The notes beneath the pieces are model-generated. The model saw only the letters and a program-made list of their open reading frames with translations. It did no database searches and was not told the DNA's origin. Of a stretch of DNA of 64,000 nt, positions 30,071 through 45,042 are shown one piece after another. Made by a program: the position numbers and the translations under genes. Each line of letters opens with the position of its first letter. Position 1 is the stretch's first letter. This DNA comes from the human T2T-CHM13v2.0 reference genome, Homo sapiens: NCBI RefSeq assembly GCF_009914755.1, contig NC_060928.1, one strand, 5' to 3'.

Positions 30071-33000
30071 AAAGAAAAGCAAAGGTACTGTGGTATCACC
30101 TATGAGAAGCTCCTAATCCTAATTCTAGAGGTAAGAAAAGGCTTCTCAATGGGAGCAATATGGAATTGGAGACCTGAAGAAGTAGGAGTTAGGAGAAAGC
30201 ATAAGGAACAATGATTCCAGATAAAGGAACTAGGATATGTAATGTCTCCAGTGCAAGGAAAATATAAATATTTCCATAAGGCTTTAGGTTGAACAGAAAT
30301 GATTTGAAGAAATGCTGAGAAATCATACTTTAGAACTGTGTATGATCCAGAAGTTTTATGCCTTGTTGACATATTAAGGATTTCTTGTCTAATTTGAAGA
30401 GCAACAGGGAACTACAAGAGGAGAGTGCTGATCATGGCTTTGATACAGGAAGATTACTATGGCTGCCCTGATGACAAGAGATTGCAGGGAGCGCTGGTGG
30501 AGGCAGGGAAGCTTTTGGAAGATATCACAGTCAGACAAGAGACAATGGTTGTCTTAATTGTGGTTGTGGCATGGGGATGGAGGGAAATAGATGGATTTGT
30601 TACATCTGCCTTTTCTCTTAATTTCTTCATAAATGAAATAATAATTGTAAAATCGTAATCATTCATAGGTAATATACTGATATAAATTCAGTCAAGAGAT
30701 ATTTGTGGGTTAGAAATAAGCCTTTCAAAGGAAATCTGGCTCATTTGTATCTTATTAGCCTTAAATCTCACACAGTGGTTTGCAAAGAGTAAGCACACTA
30801 TAGATATTTGTAGGGATGAAGAGTAATTATTTGGAAAATATTGAATAAGTAAAGGAAAAAATATAACATTATTATTGTGATGAAATATGATTTAGATTTC
30901 TGCCATAGATTTCTGCATGTGTCCTCTTATTGAGCCCTGACAGAAAAGCAATGAGTTACTTTAGTTGATAAAATGTAAAGTTAATGTAGTTATCTGACCT
31001 GACCCATCATAGCACCAGGATTTACATGGGAATATTAAAACAGTCATTTTATCTTCCTTAAAAGTAATTTTTTTAAAGAGAAAGAGTATAAAGATATTTC
31101 CCACTATCTCAAAAATAATTTATGAATATTTCTATTTTTAGACTGATTTTTAGTATTTTTAATGTCTCCAACATCGTGTAAGGTATGACTAGCCATTCTA
31201 CCTTATCACATAGTAACCTTTGTTCAACTTTTGTGTCTTCAGTCTCCTACTGGTGTTAAGGAATTCAACAATAATCTGTGGCTGACATTTGTGTGGCACT
31301 TTAAATAATGGCTTTCCCACAAGAATCTCATTTTATTCAGGAAACAACTTCACACGCAGACTCAAACTTTCTTAATTGCTGTCCTAAGAGAGTTATTAGA
31401 TCTGCCTGAAAATAGTATAATCTTTTTCAGTTCAGTAATTAGTGTCGTGCATTAAATTGTACCCTAGTGGCCTAATAGAATTAATTCTGCTTCTTGAGTG
31501 TTTTAACTGTCCAAACCACAGCTGGCAGACTGGCGTTCACTCTTCCTAATATTACAGCATTTTGCCCAACACAACCTGGAAGTTTGAAATTTGACATATT
31601 AATTCCTTGTATTTTATAGTTTAAAAAGTGTGTAAATGACTGAAATAAACTTATAAATTTTATATTGATAAGATTGTTTATTTTGTAAACATGAATTTTA
31701 AAAATATGTATATCACACCATTAAAAATAAAAATGTGTTATTAATATTTATAATTTAATTCAGGGCATCTCACATCTTATTTTCATATTTCTTTATCTGT
31801 AAAGGGAACAAGTGTAGGTAAACTCTTAGGTTTCCTGCAAATCTCTAATACCATGATTATGTGAAGTGCTAACTTAAGCCCTCAATAAAACATTGTTAAC
31901 ATTTCAAATTTTTGCCAAATCTCTGACATCTCAAGTGGTGCCTCTGTCTCTTAGAGATTGTAGTGACTTGCAGGTAGGCAGACAACTCTGATCTCCAGGT
32001 GCCGAAACTGAATCCTAAATTACTCTGGACAATGTATATTTTGTTTTTCATAGATCATAAAAAATAAAGAACTTTCACCTTGTTATAAGATTTCTAGGAA
32101 GTGGAGAGTCAGGGAGAGGGATGTGTTCAACCAACAAAATAAAAGATCTGCTTCTAAGGAAGTCTTTACCTATGGCTGAATCAAACCAGACAATGCCTTG
32201 ATTTCAGCATCTTTTTTCTGTCTTGGTGAATCTGATTAGCTTTATCTGAAAATTTGAATTCTTAAGTAATCTAAAGTTCCTGAATATAAAATTCTTAATC
32301 TGTAAGATTTTCAGTAAAGATTAATAGCCAATTTGGGTAATTTAGGCAAAAATATGTTGTTTTACATTTATTCCTTTTACCTGAAGACTCTTTCTTCACA
32401 GAAAATTAAAATTATTTTATTATTTATGGAGAATAATAAAAGATGTTAATTTAGGTTTCTTGCCAATGCAGCTCCCTTTTCACCCTTGGAAAATGTGATA
32501 GAGCTTGTGTGCTTACTAAGGTTTTTATGAAGATTTTTATGCCTTTATGCAGTGAAGTTTCAAAGGGCACATATTCAATATGCTTTACAGTAAATTAAAG
32601 ACGACCTTATCACAGACAGCTCTTTTCCATAGGGTAAACTGTAGTTGAATTTGAAATTAAGACAAGTGAATAATTTTAAGTTTATAATACATTTCCTCAT
32701 ACTGTTCATTTGTCTTATGGCCCTATTTGATTTGGTCACTGTTGGTTATCTTAAAAAAAACTTTCTTAAAATTTTTCTTATAGATTTACTTATCTTTCCT
32801 AGAAATCATAATTTTTGACCCTGTTTTAAATTATTTTGTAAAAGGATGAAACTGAGAATTAATATTGCATAAGATTCTCCAGAGGAATATCAATCAATGT
32901 ATAAAAATTTTTTAACTAAATAATTGAGGCTATTTTAGAAATGAGTACGTAAAATGTACCAGGCCATAAAACTTTTTAACATTCCGAAGTATGTTACATA

Positions 33001-33353
33001 AAACACTATTCTTATGGAAAATAATTGATGTTAAAGAAATTTCAAAATTGGTCATTAGTTTGGGAAATACTAATTAAACAGTTAAACTGTTATTGCGGGA
33101 TTTCTGAGGGTCTATAATATGTCAATGTGAAAATCATTTTCTGTACTTATTAGATCACAGAACCCTTTTGTGTGGAGTGAGATGGTGGTTTTCAAAACAT
33201 GGTAAAAACAAACTAGTTTTGCATCAAGATAGATAGTAACAAAAGAAGAAAATAATGCAAACCTACTGGTCAATAACTTACATATATAACATATTTTACA
33301 ACTCATCAAGCTTCTCACCTACTATACATTTATTTGATACAGTATTTGCCAAA

Positions 33354-33465
33354 TAAAGTAACTAACCATCCCAGTGTACCTGGGATTGAAAAGGTTCCTG
33401 GGACTCAAGACTTTTCCTTGCAAAATTGTGACAATCGAGGAAAACCAGGACCATTGGTCATCATA
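33354..33465. mobile_element. MER81-like hAT-Blackjack MITE
   Basis: About 110-bp degenerate palindrome gtaactaaccatcccagtgtacctggga...aaaccaggaccattggtcatc, matching recalled MER81 consensus. Confidence 0.6.
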
Positions 33466-36364
33466 ATTACCTCGGAATCACAGAGATCTGGATTCAAATC
33501 CACTTTTGCCACACATTTTTTGTGAAGCTGGGTAAAATGAAAGTTTATAACCTGGAATCTTCACCTATAGAATTGGAATAAAAACAGTGGTGGCATAGGG
33601 TTTTTTAGACTTACTGGGAAACTGTCTACCTCAGGCTTGTCACAAAGAGAACAAGGTAAACATGAATATTTTTCCCTACCTTCCTTTTCAACGCTCTTGT
33701 AACATAGACAGAAGAAGCATTGCTCTCCTTATTTTACTAAACAACCTTAGACAATAATACTTTAGTTCACTTGCCCAAGGCAACAGAACAGTAAATAATA
33801 AAATCTGGACTTGAGCCTTGTCTTCTGATGCTAAATGCAATGCTTTCTAAACTATAGTCAACTAAATTCAAGTGTTAAAGAAAATTTCTGAAAGTCGCCA
33901 TTCATGGGAAATATCGTCACACTTTAATAGTACTTAAATTTTAGTACTTTTTCTTTGAATATATTTTTTCAAAATTTTATTATGATGTAGATACTATGTT
34001 TAGAAAAAGGTGCCCGTCATTGTGATAACCCATGAAAATTTATACTGTAGCCTATTTATCCTCTTTTATGTTCATTAAATTTGAGCTATACACAGAACTT
34101 TTTTTCATTCTCCCCTTTTTTGGTGTTAGAATACTGTTTTCTGGTATCAGAGATCACAGTAATGTATTATTGATTGGTTTGGCTGATGACTATTGGACAT
34201 AACAAACATGTCTAAAATGCATATTTCATTTTATTTTTGACAAATAAGTCTCAATAAATATACATTTAAAGCAAAGTAAAAAGCACATTTGGAAAATGGA
34301 CTGTAAAAACGATTTCCCTGATTTTTTCTTAATGTGTGGCTATGACGTGATTGTGATATAGCACTGCAAAGCAAAATGGTCCTCCACTGAAATATAAATT
34401 TCCAACTCAGCTGAGGGATTTCACAGAACATAAACACAGGGGCAGAGATGAAGCATTTGTTTTCAAAGGAGATAGTTACATTGCCATCATGCTCCTTTCA
34501 AATTAATTTACATCTAGTTTAATGAATGGTAGAATAAAACTGAAATATTTAACTATCCAATCAAAAAATGTGAACATATTTGTTTAGAAAAATAAATGAG
34601 CCATACATGCAGAACATAAGCAAAAAGGAACTCTGGAAACAGAAGCTGTTGATATTCTCTCAACCCAGAATTGTGTTTCTATGATTGTGACTTTTAATTT
34701 AAAATGGTAATAGGCTTAAGACTTGATTAGTTTTGAGCATTTGAAAAAGGTTGAAAGGATTTTTACTCTTAATGTGTGCATGCTCTGAATCATATTCATA
34801 ATATGCTACGTGGATCTGAATGCTTTCAATTCTTTCAAGCTAATCATATTTTTTTTAATGTAGTTAACCAACATTTGTAGACCTCAAACACATTTGGTAG
34901 ACGGCTTTATAGCTTTCCCTTAGTAATGTGAGCAAGCTAAGTCAAAAATGTTGGCTTTTTGCTATGATCATAATTTCCATACAAACTGCAATATTTTAAA
35001 ATATTTGACTTATTCAATTTAGCTTACATTTCTTTTTCAGAGACCTAGACATTATTGTAAGAATTATCTTGGCAATAAACTTATCACTGTATAAAAACAA
35101 ATTAATCAATTTTTTTCCTTTAGAGTAGAAACAAACATACAAGTGAAGCAGATATATCTTGATGTGATATTTCTTATTTGGTTCAAGAAGTCTTTTATTA
35201 AGTAGATGTCCTGTATTGTCATCTCAGGTGAACAACAGAGTATGGGGAGCTTAGTGGTTTTACTGTTAGATGGCTTATCTTTTTTCCATGACAAGGAAGG
35301 CAAGGTTTTCAGTGGAATTTAGAGAAAGAGAAATGTGTGGAGGTCTCAGTATTTGGAGAAGACAAAGATGAAATTATCATTTTTGAGAGTGAAAGACCTG
35401 AAATACTAAGGAACTGAGTAGAATTATTTGGGAATGCTGAGTACCTGTTTTGGATTGGTGATCAAGAATTTAGCATGTCACAAAGTCAGTATGGTACAGT
35501 ACTGCATTTTTTTCTCCCAAGCTTCGCCGTACTCTTAGTACCTACAGATTGAAAAACAATGACAGAAATTTTCTCAACGTTCAGTAAAACTTTAATGTCA
35601 AAATGTAGTTAATCATTAACTGACAGCATCATCCATTTGGCAAATGGTAGTATAGATACATGCACATACTACTACTTATCTAGACACTGACAATGCCTTG
35701 TACACATGTACCTAGGGCTTGGCCCTAGAACCTGTAATAATTCTGCTGTCCCACTGGGATCTGAATACCATAAGTTTGGAACCAATGTTATCATATACTA
35801 TTGAAGCATGGAGGCATGGGGGCATAGAAATTATGAAGTTTTGTGGTTCTTCTACTTGATTACCAGAATCGCCTAGGGGAGCCTAAGTAGACACCCCTAA
35901 AACCACTGCAGATCAGTGTGAACATGACCAGGGTTGAATTAGAGACTAAGAATCCTGAAAGTAATCCATATTCCTTCTGCATTGACAAATGAATTTCTCA
36001 TTGGACTGTAAAGAAATATTAATTGTTAGTCTTATAGTTTTGTATATCACCATAGCAGGCTATAAAGTGAGGCTGTAACAAGAAGCAGGTTAGAAAAAAA
36101 AAAAAGAAAAATAAACACTGACACAATTATTATGAAAAGGTCTAACCTGAAACAGCTGAGATATTAACATAATAGAAAATGTTTAGAGTCAGGAGCACAT
36201 TTCATAGTCCCCATGTTTTGTAATGCTTCTCTTCGATTCTTAGGTTTCTAGATGCAGAAATTGTGTTTAAATTCTTGGACTTTTAAATGGTATTGTGTGC
36301 TGAGCAACTGCAGTCTTGATTGCTGGGGTGCAGTGAGTTTCTGAATTTTCTCCCGTTCTTATGA

Positions 36365-36568
<204 letters not shown>

Positions 36569-36815
36569 TAATCGTTAACGTGACTTAATATGGCCATTAA
36601 TGTTTTCTTCCTGCTAAATTAGTCATCCTTGTCTTATTCCTTGTGTCTAATATACAGGCAATGTTCTTTTCTAACAACACAAAGGTAGGTTGAAGAGAGA
36701 AACAAATATTATTGATGTAGTTTTCTTGACTTCATCTGGTTAAAGTAATCTGTACAGTGTATATGTTTGGTTGAAGTAAATATATAACTCTGCTGCTTTC
36801 CCATTTCTTCATTAG

Positions 36816-36929
<114 letters not shown>

Positions 36930-37513
36930 TAGTGATTTAAAGGCAGTTCTATGTGAGGAGGTGAGTTAGCTAGCCTATGAGTTCACCCTTCCAGAGAATT
37001 CTGGAGATGTGTATTCACATAGAGTTTAACGACTTCCAGAAACAGATATATTTTGAAGTTTTTTTTTCCTAAAGTCTGTTTATTTCTGGTAAGTAACATT
37101 GAATTGTAATTTTAAAAATAATTATAGGTAGAGCTGTTGAACTTTAATTTTTTAGACTGAAGGGGAAGTCTTTAATGAAAAGAGAAAGAATTATTGTTGA
37201 AGGTTTACAGTTCAGAAGACAAAAAGTAGCTGGTGCAAATACACATGTAACTGTTCAATTCAACATCAACCTTTTAGCTGTTTAGGCTAAAATGTCATTA
37301 TTTGGATTTTAATTACATTTCTATATGACCACTCCCAAACAATTACTCTTAGAAAATACAAAAAGTGAATATGAAGAGACAAGTCATTTTTAGGAATTTT
37401 TTTATACTTCCTTTTATTCCTGTTAGATTCACATATATAAAAGACATTTCTATTTAGAACAAGTCCAGTAAATGTGGTTCTAATTTCAGATTCAGACATG
37501 GCTTTGAAAATAA

Positions 37514-37771
<258 letters not shown>

Positions 37772-39237
37772 TAATATCTGTTTTGCTTCTTTTGCAATGT
37801 TTTAATCATTTATTTCATATTTACTCTGTTAAAAGGAATACACAAGATCTAGCTAAAGCATTGAAAATGTTCCCCATTTTCTTTAAGGAACGCTACAGTT
37901 TACACAGATAATTCCTACCCTGGTGCTTACATCGGTGAACAATTGGGGAATGTCTTGAAGAGTGTTCCTCATGTTTCTGCGAGTTATTCACCTTTCCATT
38001 CCCACCCGATACTGTGTAAATTCTTTCTTTCCCTTTGTTACATGATTTCATGATGATGTCAAGTTGTCTTTATTCTATCTAATGAAAGATGATCTCCTTA
38101 AAAATAAGGATTATTTCCCTTGTTTTTACTCCAAATTTCAGCACTGGTTGGCACATAGCTAGTACACAAAAAATGCATATTGAATGAATAAGGAAAAATT
38201 GAACTGGATCTTCAACACCCAGGCTTTGGATAGATGGAAGAGAGATGTGGATCAGCATGACAAGCTGTTGGTGAAATGAAATGGAGAAAATGGTGTTCGT
38301 TATAGGACAGAATTTTGTGACAAACTATTTTGTTGTATTTTCTTTTACAAAAAAAAATGGGCTTAGCAGTGAAGTTGTAAATTGGTGTGATTTATTCTCC
38401 TAACAATATTGAGAGCAGATATAGATAGATTGGTAAGGGATTTGAATTAAAACATTAGTAGGCAATTGAAAATCTCTTGATAAGTGCAAATTAGACATTT
38501 GAGGATTTTTGCCTTTATCATGCCATTGAGAGGAACTATCTCACTGAGACCCCAAATATCCTCAGTGCCACTTTCCAATGGAGAATATTGGACTGTGTTG
38601 ATTCATTTTTTCTTGCTTCCTTTTTCTTATGTTTACAGGGGGAAGCTACTCTCTAGCTATCCTTGTAGCATCATTCTAGGATATTGTATCTCACAGATGA
38701 AGTGAGACCTGAAGCCTGCGGGGGTAGAATCAGTACATCATCATGACAATGATCCTGTCAGTTTGTGTATCACTGACCATGAACCTGATTTCCACATGAA
38801 CCTTATCTTTGGGACAGCAGTGACACAGGGTTTTGGGTGAATGCTGGTTTTGGGATTGGCCTAACCTTAATCAAGGATAAGGGTGTGGTGAATCCAAACT
38901 TGAATAAAATAGGTTTTGAGCAGTAATATTTTGCTCTAAGTCCTAGCAGTGACAAACATGGCTAGAGAACATACAAAGAGTTTGTGGTTTTGAGTATCTT
39001 GTTAACTCAGTATGCTTGCATACAAGCCGTCTTAATGAATTATAGTGATAGACATTCCGAGGCTTTCTGGGGGGAAGCATTATGCTTAAATTATTCCTCT
39101 ACTGTTGTGTGTTCACCATCTATATTCTTCATTCACTCTGGCTAATGGGTAATAATTAAACCAGAAGATTTGATTCAATGAGAGTACATAATTAACACAG
39201 ATATTTTAATCAGCTAAAGCAAAGTCTTTTCATATAG

Positions 39238-39444
39238 GAATCTCCGTATGTTATGATGAAGAAAAATCATGAAATGCTTGAAGGCAATGAGCGCTATGAG
39301 GGCTACTGTGTTGACCTGGCTGCAGAAATCGCCAAACATTGTGGGTTCAAGTACAAGTTGACAATTGTTGGTGATGGCAAGTATGGGGCCAGGGATGCAG
39401 ACACGAAAATTTGGAATGGGATGGTTGGAGAACTTGTATATGGG
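39238..39444 (+). CDS. GRIA2: GRIA2 exon 10 (207 bp), S1 ligand-binding lobe
   Basis: catatag| and GGG|gtaagt. Encodes [69 protein letters not shown]. Confidence 0.97.
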
Positions 39445-39883
39445 GTAAGTATAGCTCTTCTCATAGATAAAGTCATTCAATTTGAATTGTTGTTGACAGA
39501 CTGCTTCCTCTCCCTGTGAAGTATCTATATCTGAGGTTGTTGATTTCCCACATTACTCTAGAAACATTATCTTGTTGATTTGTGAACATCTGAAAGATTA
39601 AGATTGAAGCCAGAAGTAGACATGTAGATTAACTGAGACAAGCATTTCATCTCTCTTGAAGCATATGGGCCATATGTATTGTCAAAAGGCTGCAAATGCA
39701 TGGATGCAGTGCAGATGTGTAATGATCATAGTCAAGCCAGCTGGGTATACTGTGTATTCATAAAGAGGAGGGGCATTCGGGGAATAATTCCTTTTTGTTT
39801 ATCCTTTACTGGGACTATACCAAGGAAAAAATTATTGTCATTTTTCTGATTTCCTCTCCTTTTTCTTTGATCCAGTGACATAA

Positions 39884-40563
<680 letters not shown>

Positions 40564-40603
40564 TTCCTATCATTCCATGCCTTCTTGGAGGGGTACCGTG
40601 TTT

Positions 40604-40613
40604 TTGCTGCATA
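40604..40613 (+). promoter_or_regulatory. GRIA2: Editing-site complementary sequence (ECS) for the Q/R site, intron 11
   Basis: TTGCTGCATA is the exact reverse complement of TATGCAGCAA (40285-40294), about 310 nt downstream, as established for GluA2. Confidence 0.95.
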
Positions 40614-41555
40614 TTCTCATTTTACAGTCATCTGTGTGTTGATCCACAGACCTGTATATGGGAAAATGGGCAACATTATTTATTAACTGCAAAGTAACAC
40701 CTTGTTAGATAAAACTTCGTTGGCACACATCTCATCTCTTTTATTTTCCCATCATTAGTTCATGGAAATGGTATGGGAGAGATATTATAAAATTTATTTT
40801 TTTTCTAGGTGAGGTTGCTGGATTAATATAATAGCATATTTTCAACTACCCACAAATGCCTGGAAGGGACTAATCATTCATTAAAAAACCTGTCCATATC
40901 GAATGGTAATACACACACACATGGAATAAACTCACCTACCTTTAATCTCATTATGATATGTTAAATCCCTGCACTAGAATACCTAATTATAATGAATCTA
41001 CCACAAAGTACCCATTGATTTTATTCATGTTGCACGTATGAATAAGAATGATAGCCATGTTTGGCTCTTCAGAGGAATAAATCATGATTTTTCTAGTGTG
41101 ATTAACATTTTAAGTCAAAATGATTATCACTCTACTGGCACATTTTAATTTGGGCTCTATTACCCTTCTTCGATTTTACAGGATATCTTAATAACTAGTG
41201 GAGCGGGTGCCTTTCATGATACAATTTTATTATATTGTAAATTTTTAAAATCACTTTTGAGAATAACAAGTGATTAATTTAAGAAAACTGTATGAGAAGC
41301 TCAAAGATTTGCATCTTTTGCAATCTTTTTAGTATATTTCACTGAGTAAGATAAAGGAAATACATCATGTAGCCAGAAATTATCAGTAGCTTACTTCTCT
41401 GATAGTAGGTAATTATAGTGGGAATGATAAAAAAAAATTACATTTTTATGAATTATACAGATTTTAAAAATTTCAGTTCCACCAGATTCCCTGTGACTTC
41501 CCTGTGGGACTTCAGTGAATTAGAAATATGCCAATGGAATTTGCACAGCATGACA

Positions 41556-41567
41556 TATGTGTGTATA

Positions 41568-41622
<55 letters not shown>
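41556..41622. repeat. (TA)n microsatellite with TG/CA flanks in intron 11
   Basis: About 19 uninterrupted TA units at 41576-41613. Confidence 0.95.
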
Positions 41623-44600
41623 TTTTTTATCTCTGACAAAATATATAAGATTCATAGTTTTATCATCTCTGTATTTAGTTTATTTGATCTAAGTTAAAGA
41701 TATACAGAGAAGTTTCTAATAATTTGGAGGCAAATACTAACCAAATTGGGGTCTCGGAGAACATTCTGACCCATAAAATGATAAAGAAGTGGTTCTCCCT
41801 TTGGTAAGAAGAACAATGAAGTATGTTACCCTAGTTCTGAAATGTAAGGCAATAATATCCTGTGCTATGTCTTTTGGATAGTAGGGAGAAGTGTATGTGG
41901 GTTCATTATGAAGTAGGATGTGTCAGCCCAGTCTGGCCTGGGTTCCAGTAGATGCCTGCGCCTGGGCATGATGGCACTGCAGGTAGTTGTTTAGGTATCC
42001 AGTGTTTGTCAGGGAGTGGGAAACCTATTTGCACACAGGGACTGGAGCACAAGGCATATCAGCAATCTGTATTATCCCAGAGTCCACCATGACATATAGA
42101 TGACTTCTCCTTTTCATCAAGGCTGCATCTAAATTAAGATGTTTTTTCTGTGCTTTTGATTTCATTCATGAGTCATGACACTACAATTTCACATGTAGTA
42201 ACTTTTATTTCCTGGTAGGATAAACAGATTTTTAGATAGCATATTTTTCCTTGTTATTGATTGGTATTTTTTCATTCAGAATGTATTTGATACAAATTTA
42301 TTTTATTAAAACATTTGAGGTACATATCTTTCACTTATGCTATATATGAATTTTAAAATTCAACATAATACATTGGAAAAGTTAATGATTTTTAATGAAC
42401 AAAACTATCATTTTTTAAGAATGCAATGATGGTTACCCTAGTTGAGAAGAATACAGTAGCTTATTATCATTTTTAAAAAGCATGACATCCACAGATCACT
42501 TTAGAAATGTCTTTAAATATTAAAAAAATTATGATTCTTTTCCAAGTAAAATATGATATGAAACTATATTATTAATGTTAATAGGACACATTTAAGTTGT
42601 AATCTAGAGTTATTTATTAAATTAAGTGATTTCTCATTTTTCTGAAATTAAGTTTAGAATATCTTATCTATAAGACATGGTCTCATGAAGAATAGAATCA
42701 CAGAAATTATGAGAGCAATATGCTGTAAAGGTTATTTTTATTGTCCTGTTTGCTTCTGGATTGTCCCCAATGACCCTAAAGGAATCAAATGAATATAAAA
42801 ACATATATCATTTAAAAAATGATTTAGTAGGGATTAAAAAGAAATAAGAGCATATGCACATTTCTTTATTCCTTTAGTGCTGATGCTGATGGGCGAAAGT
42901 TTTACTTTTAATTGTAGAAGTAATTTTTGTCTGTCACCATAAAATAATATTGAATTTCCTTCTCTGCATAATTTCTCAGGAACTCTTTGAGAAACATGAA
43001 TTGATACTTTAAAAATACTTAAAAGTAAATAATAAATAGTTGAAGTACTTTTCACCTTTGAATTATTTATAAGTCCAATAAAAATTTTTAGATATCATGT
43101 ACATTTTAAATCAGTTGACATATTAAATCTGATATAAGGACTGGAATAGAGGACAACTTACATCTAACTTTCCTTAATTTTTACAACTGGAATAGAATGA
43201 CACAAAAATGATTCTTAAACGTGTCATAAATTAATACGCAATATGTAGAGTCAAAAGCAATTACCATGTAATCAGCTTTTGTTTTAAGGGATTTGAGCAG
43301 GCAGGTACTGAATCTGCGCTCTTAAATATATGATATGTGTCATATAACTATACTTCCCATTGATATTGGATAAATAGTGAACATTTTGAGAGTGATTTTG
43401 TCTACATAAGGCATTTTTCAAATGTAAAATATATTTAATATCCTTTTCAGAATATATGTGAGAAGTGTTTAACTTTTTCCATCCTTTCATATTTATTTTT
43501 TTGTATTTCATACAGACTTTGTGATAAAGTCCCTTAATTATATTCTTTTTGTTATTTCTTGCTATTTTTCTCTCTCTATCTCCTTTATTTTAGCAACTGA
43601 TGTTTTTATATCAAAAAACTTTTCATTTAAGTTAGCTTCTCTCCTTTCTTAACTGCTTGAGTGGTTTATTCTACAAATATTTCCCAAGTGTTTGATCTAG
43701 AATATGTTTCATCAAAAGATTTATTTCTTACTGTTAATTGTCAGAAACTTTAGATCACAAATTGCCAATCATGATCTAAATTTTTAGAACTATCACTTGT
43801 TCACACTAGCAAGTCTAATTGTTAGACATAGTAGAGTTATTGACAACAGAGAAACGGTTAGTTTTATTGGTTTGTCAATATCACTTAAATACTTAGTTAC
43901 GTGCAGAATCCCATCAAATCTTTCAAAATAATACAGTATATATCTTTTTCTATATCTCTATACCTGTATTCCTCTACTTCAGGTTTTAAAGTAAATTATT
44001 GGGTATCTATTAAGCTTTTAAAAACTATTTTATGTAAGAATTTGTAGTCAGAAAAATATTGTTATTTTATTATACATCAAACTAGAAATTTATGTCTTCA
44101 CAAACTTTTAAATGTCTAATTTGTTTTCTTTGAGTTTTATTTTTTTTTGAGCAGGACACATAAAGGAACAGGGTCATAGCCATCCATACTCTGAAGCCAT
44201 CTGATTTTTATTCATTAATAGTTATATTTTGTGCGGTATCTTTGCTTGTAGCATTATTTTTTCCTCATTTTTCTCTCCTGTACTGTATCTAATACCTATG
44301 TTTTACATACACAAAATTAACAAAATTTGAGGCCTTTTTTGTTTTGGAAATTCACTGATTGAATTAAAGGGAGGATTTCTTTGGTGTTTAAAGTTACATC
44401 TGTGGAGTATGCTTTTTTTAATTTTTGATTTTGTTCATAAATGTTGTTATGAGGTTTGCTGGTGATATTACATTCTCTTGTTTATGTTTACTTACATCAT
44501 GAGTGGATAAACTTTTATGAGTATTTGTAAATTTCTTGAAATTGCTTTCTTATGGGATTCATGTCATAAACTATTTGGGCATTACAATTATGAAAGTATT

Positions 44601-44781
44601 CCAGAAATCAGAAGTTTTGACCTGTGTGTATGTTATTAAATTTAGCTACTCTGTACTCCTTGCCCAAAATGTTTAATGATTTCCAGTTTCATTAACTAGT
44701 AGATACATTGAAAAATATAAAATTAAATATTCCCCTATAAGTCAATATTTGCATAATACTGCTAACTTGTTTTTTTATTAG

Positions 44782-45042
<261 letters not shown>

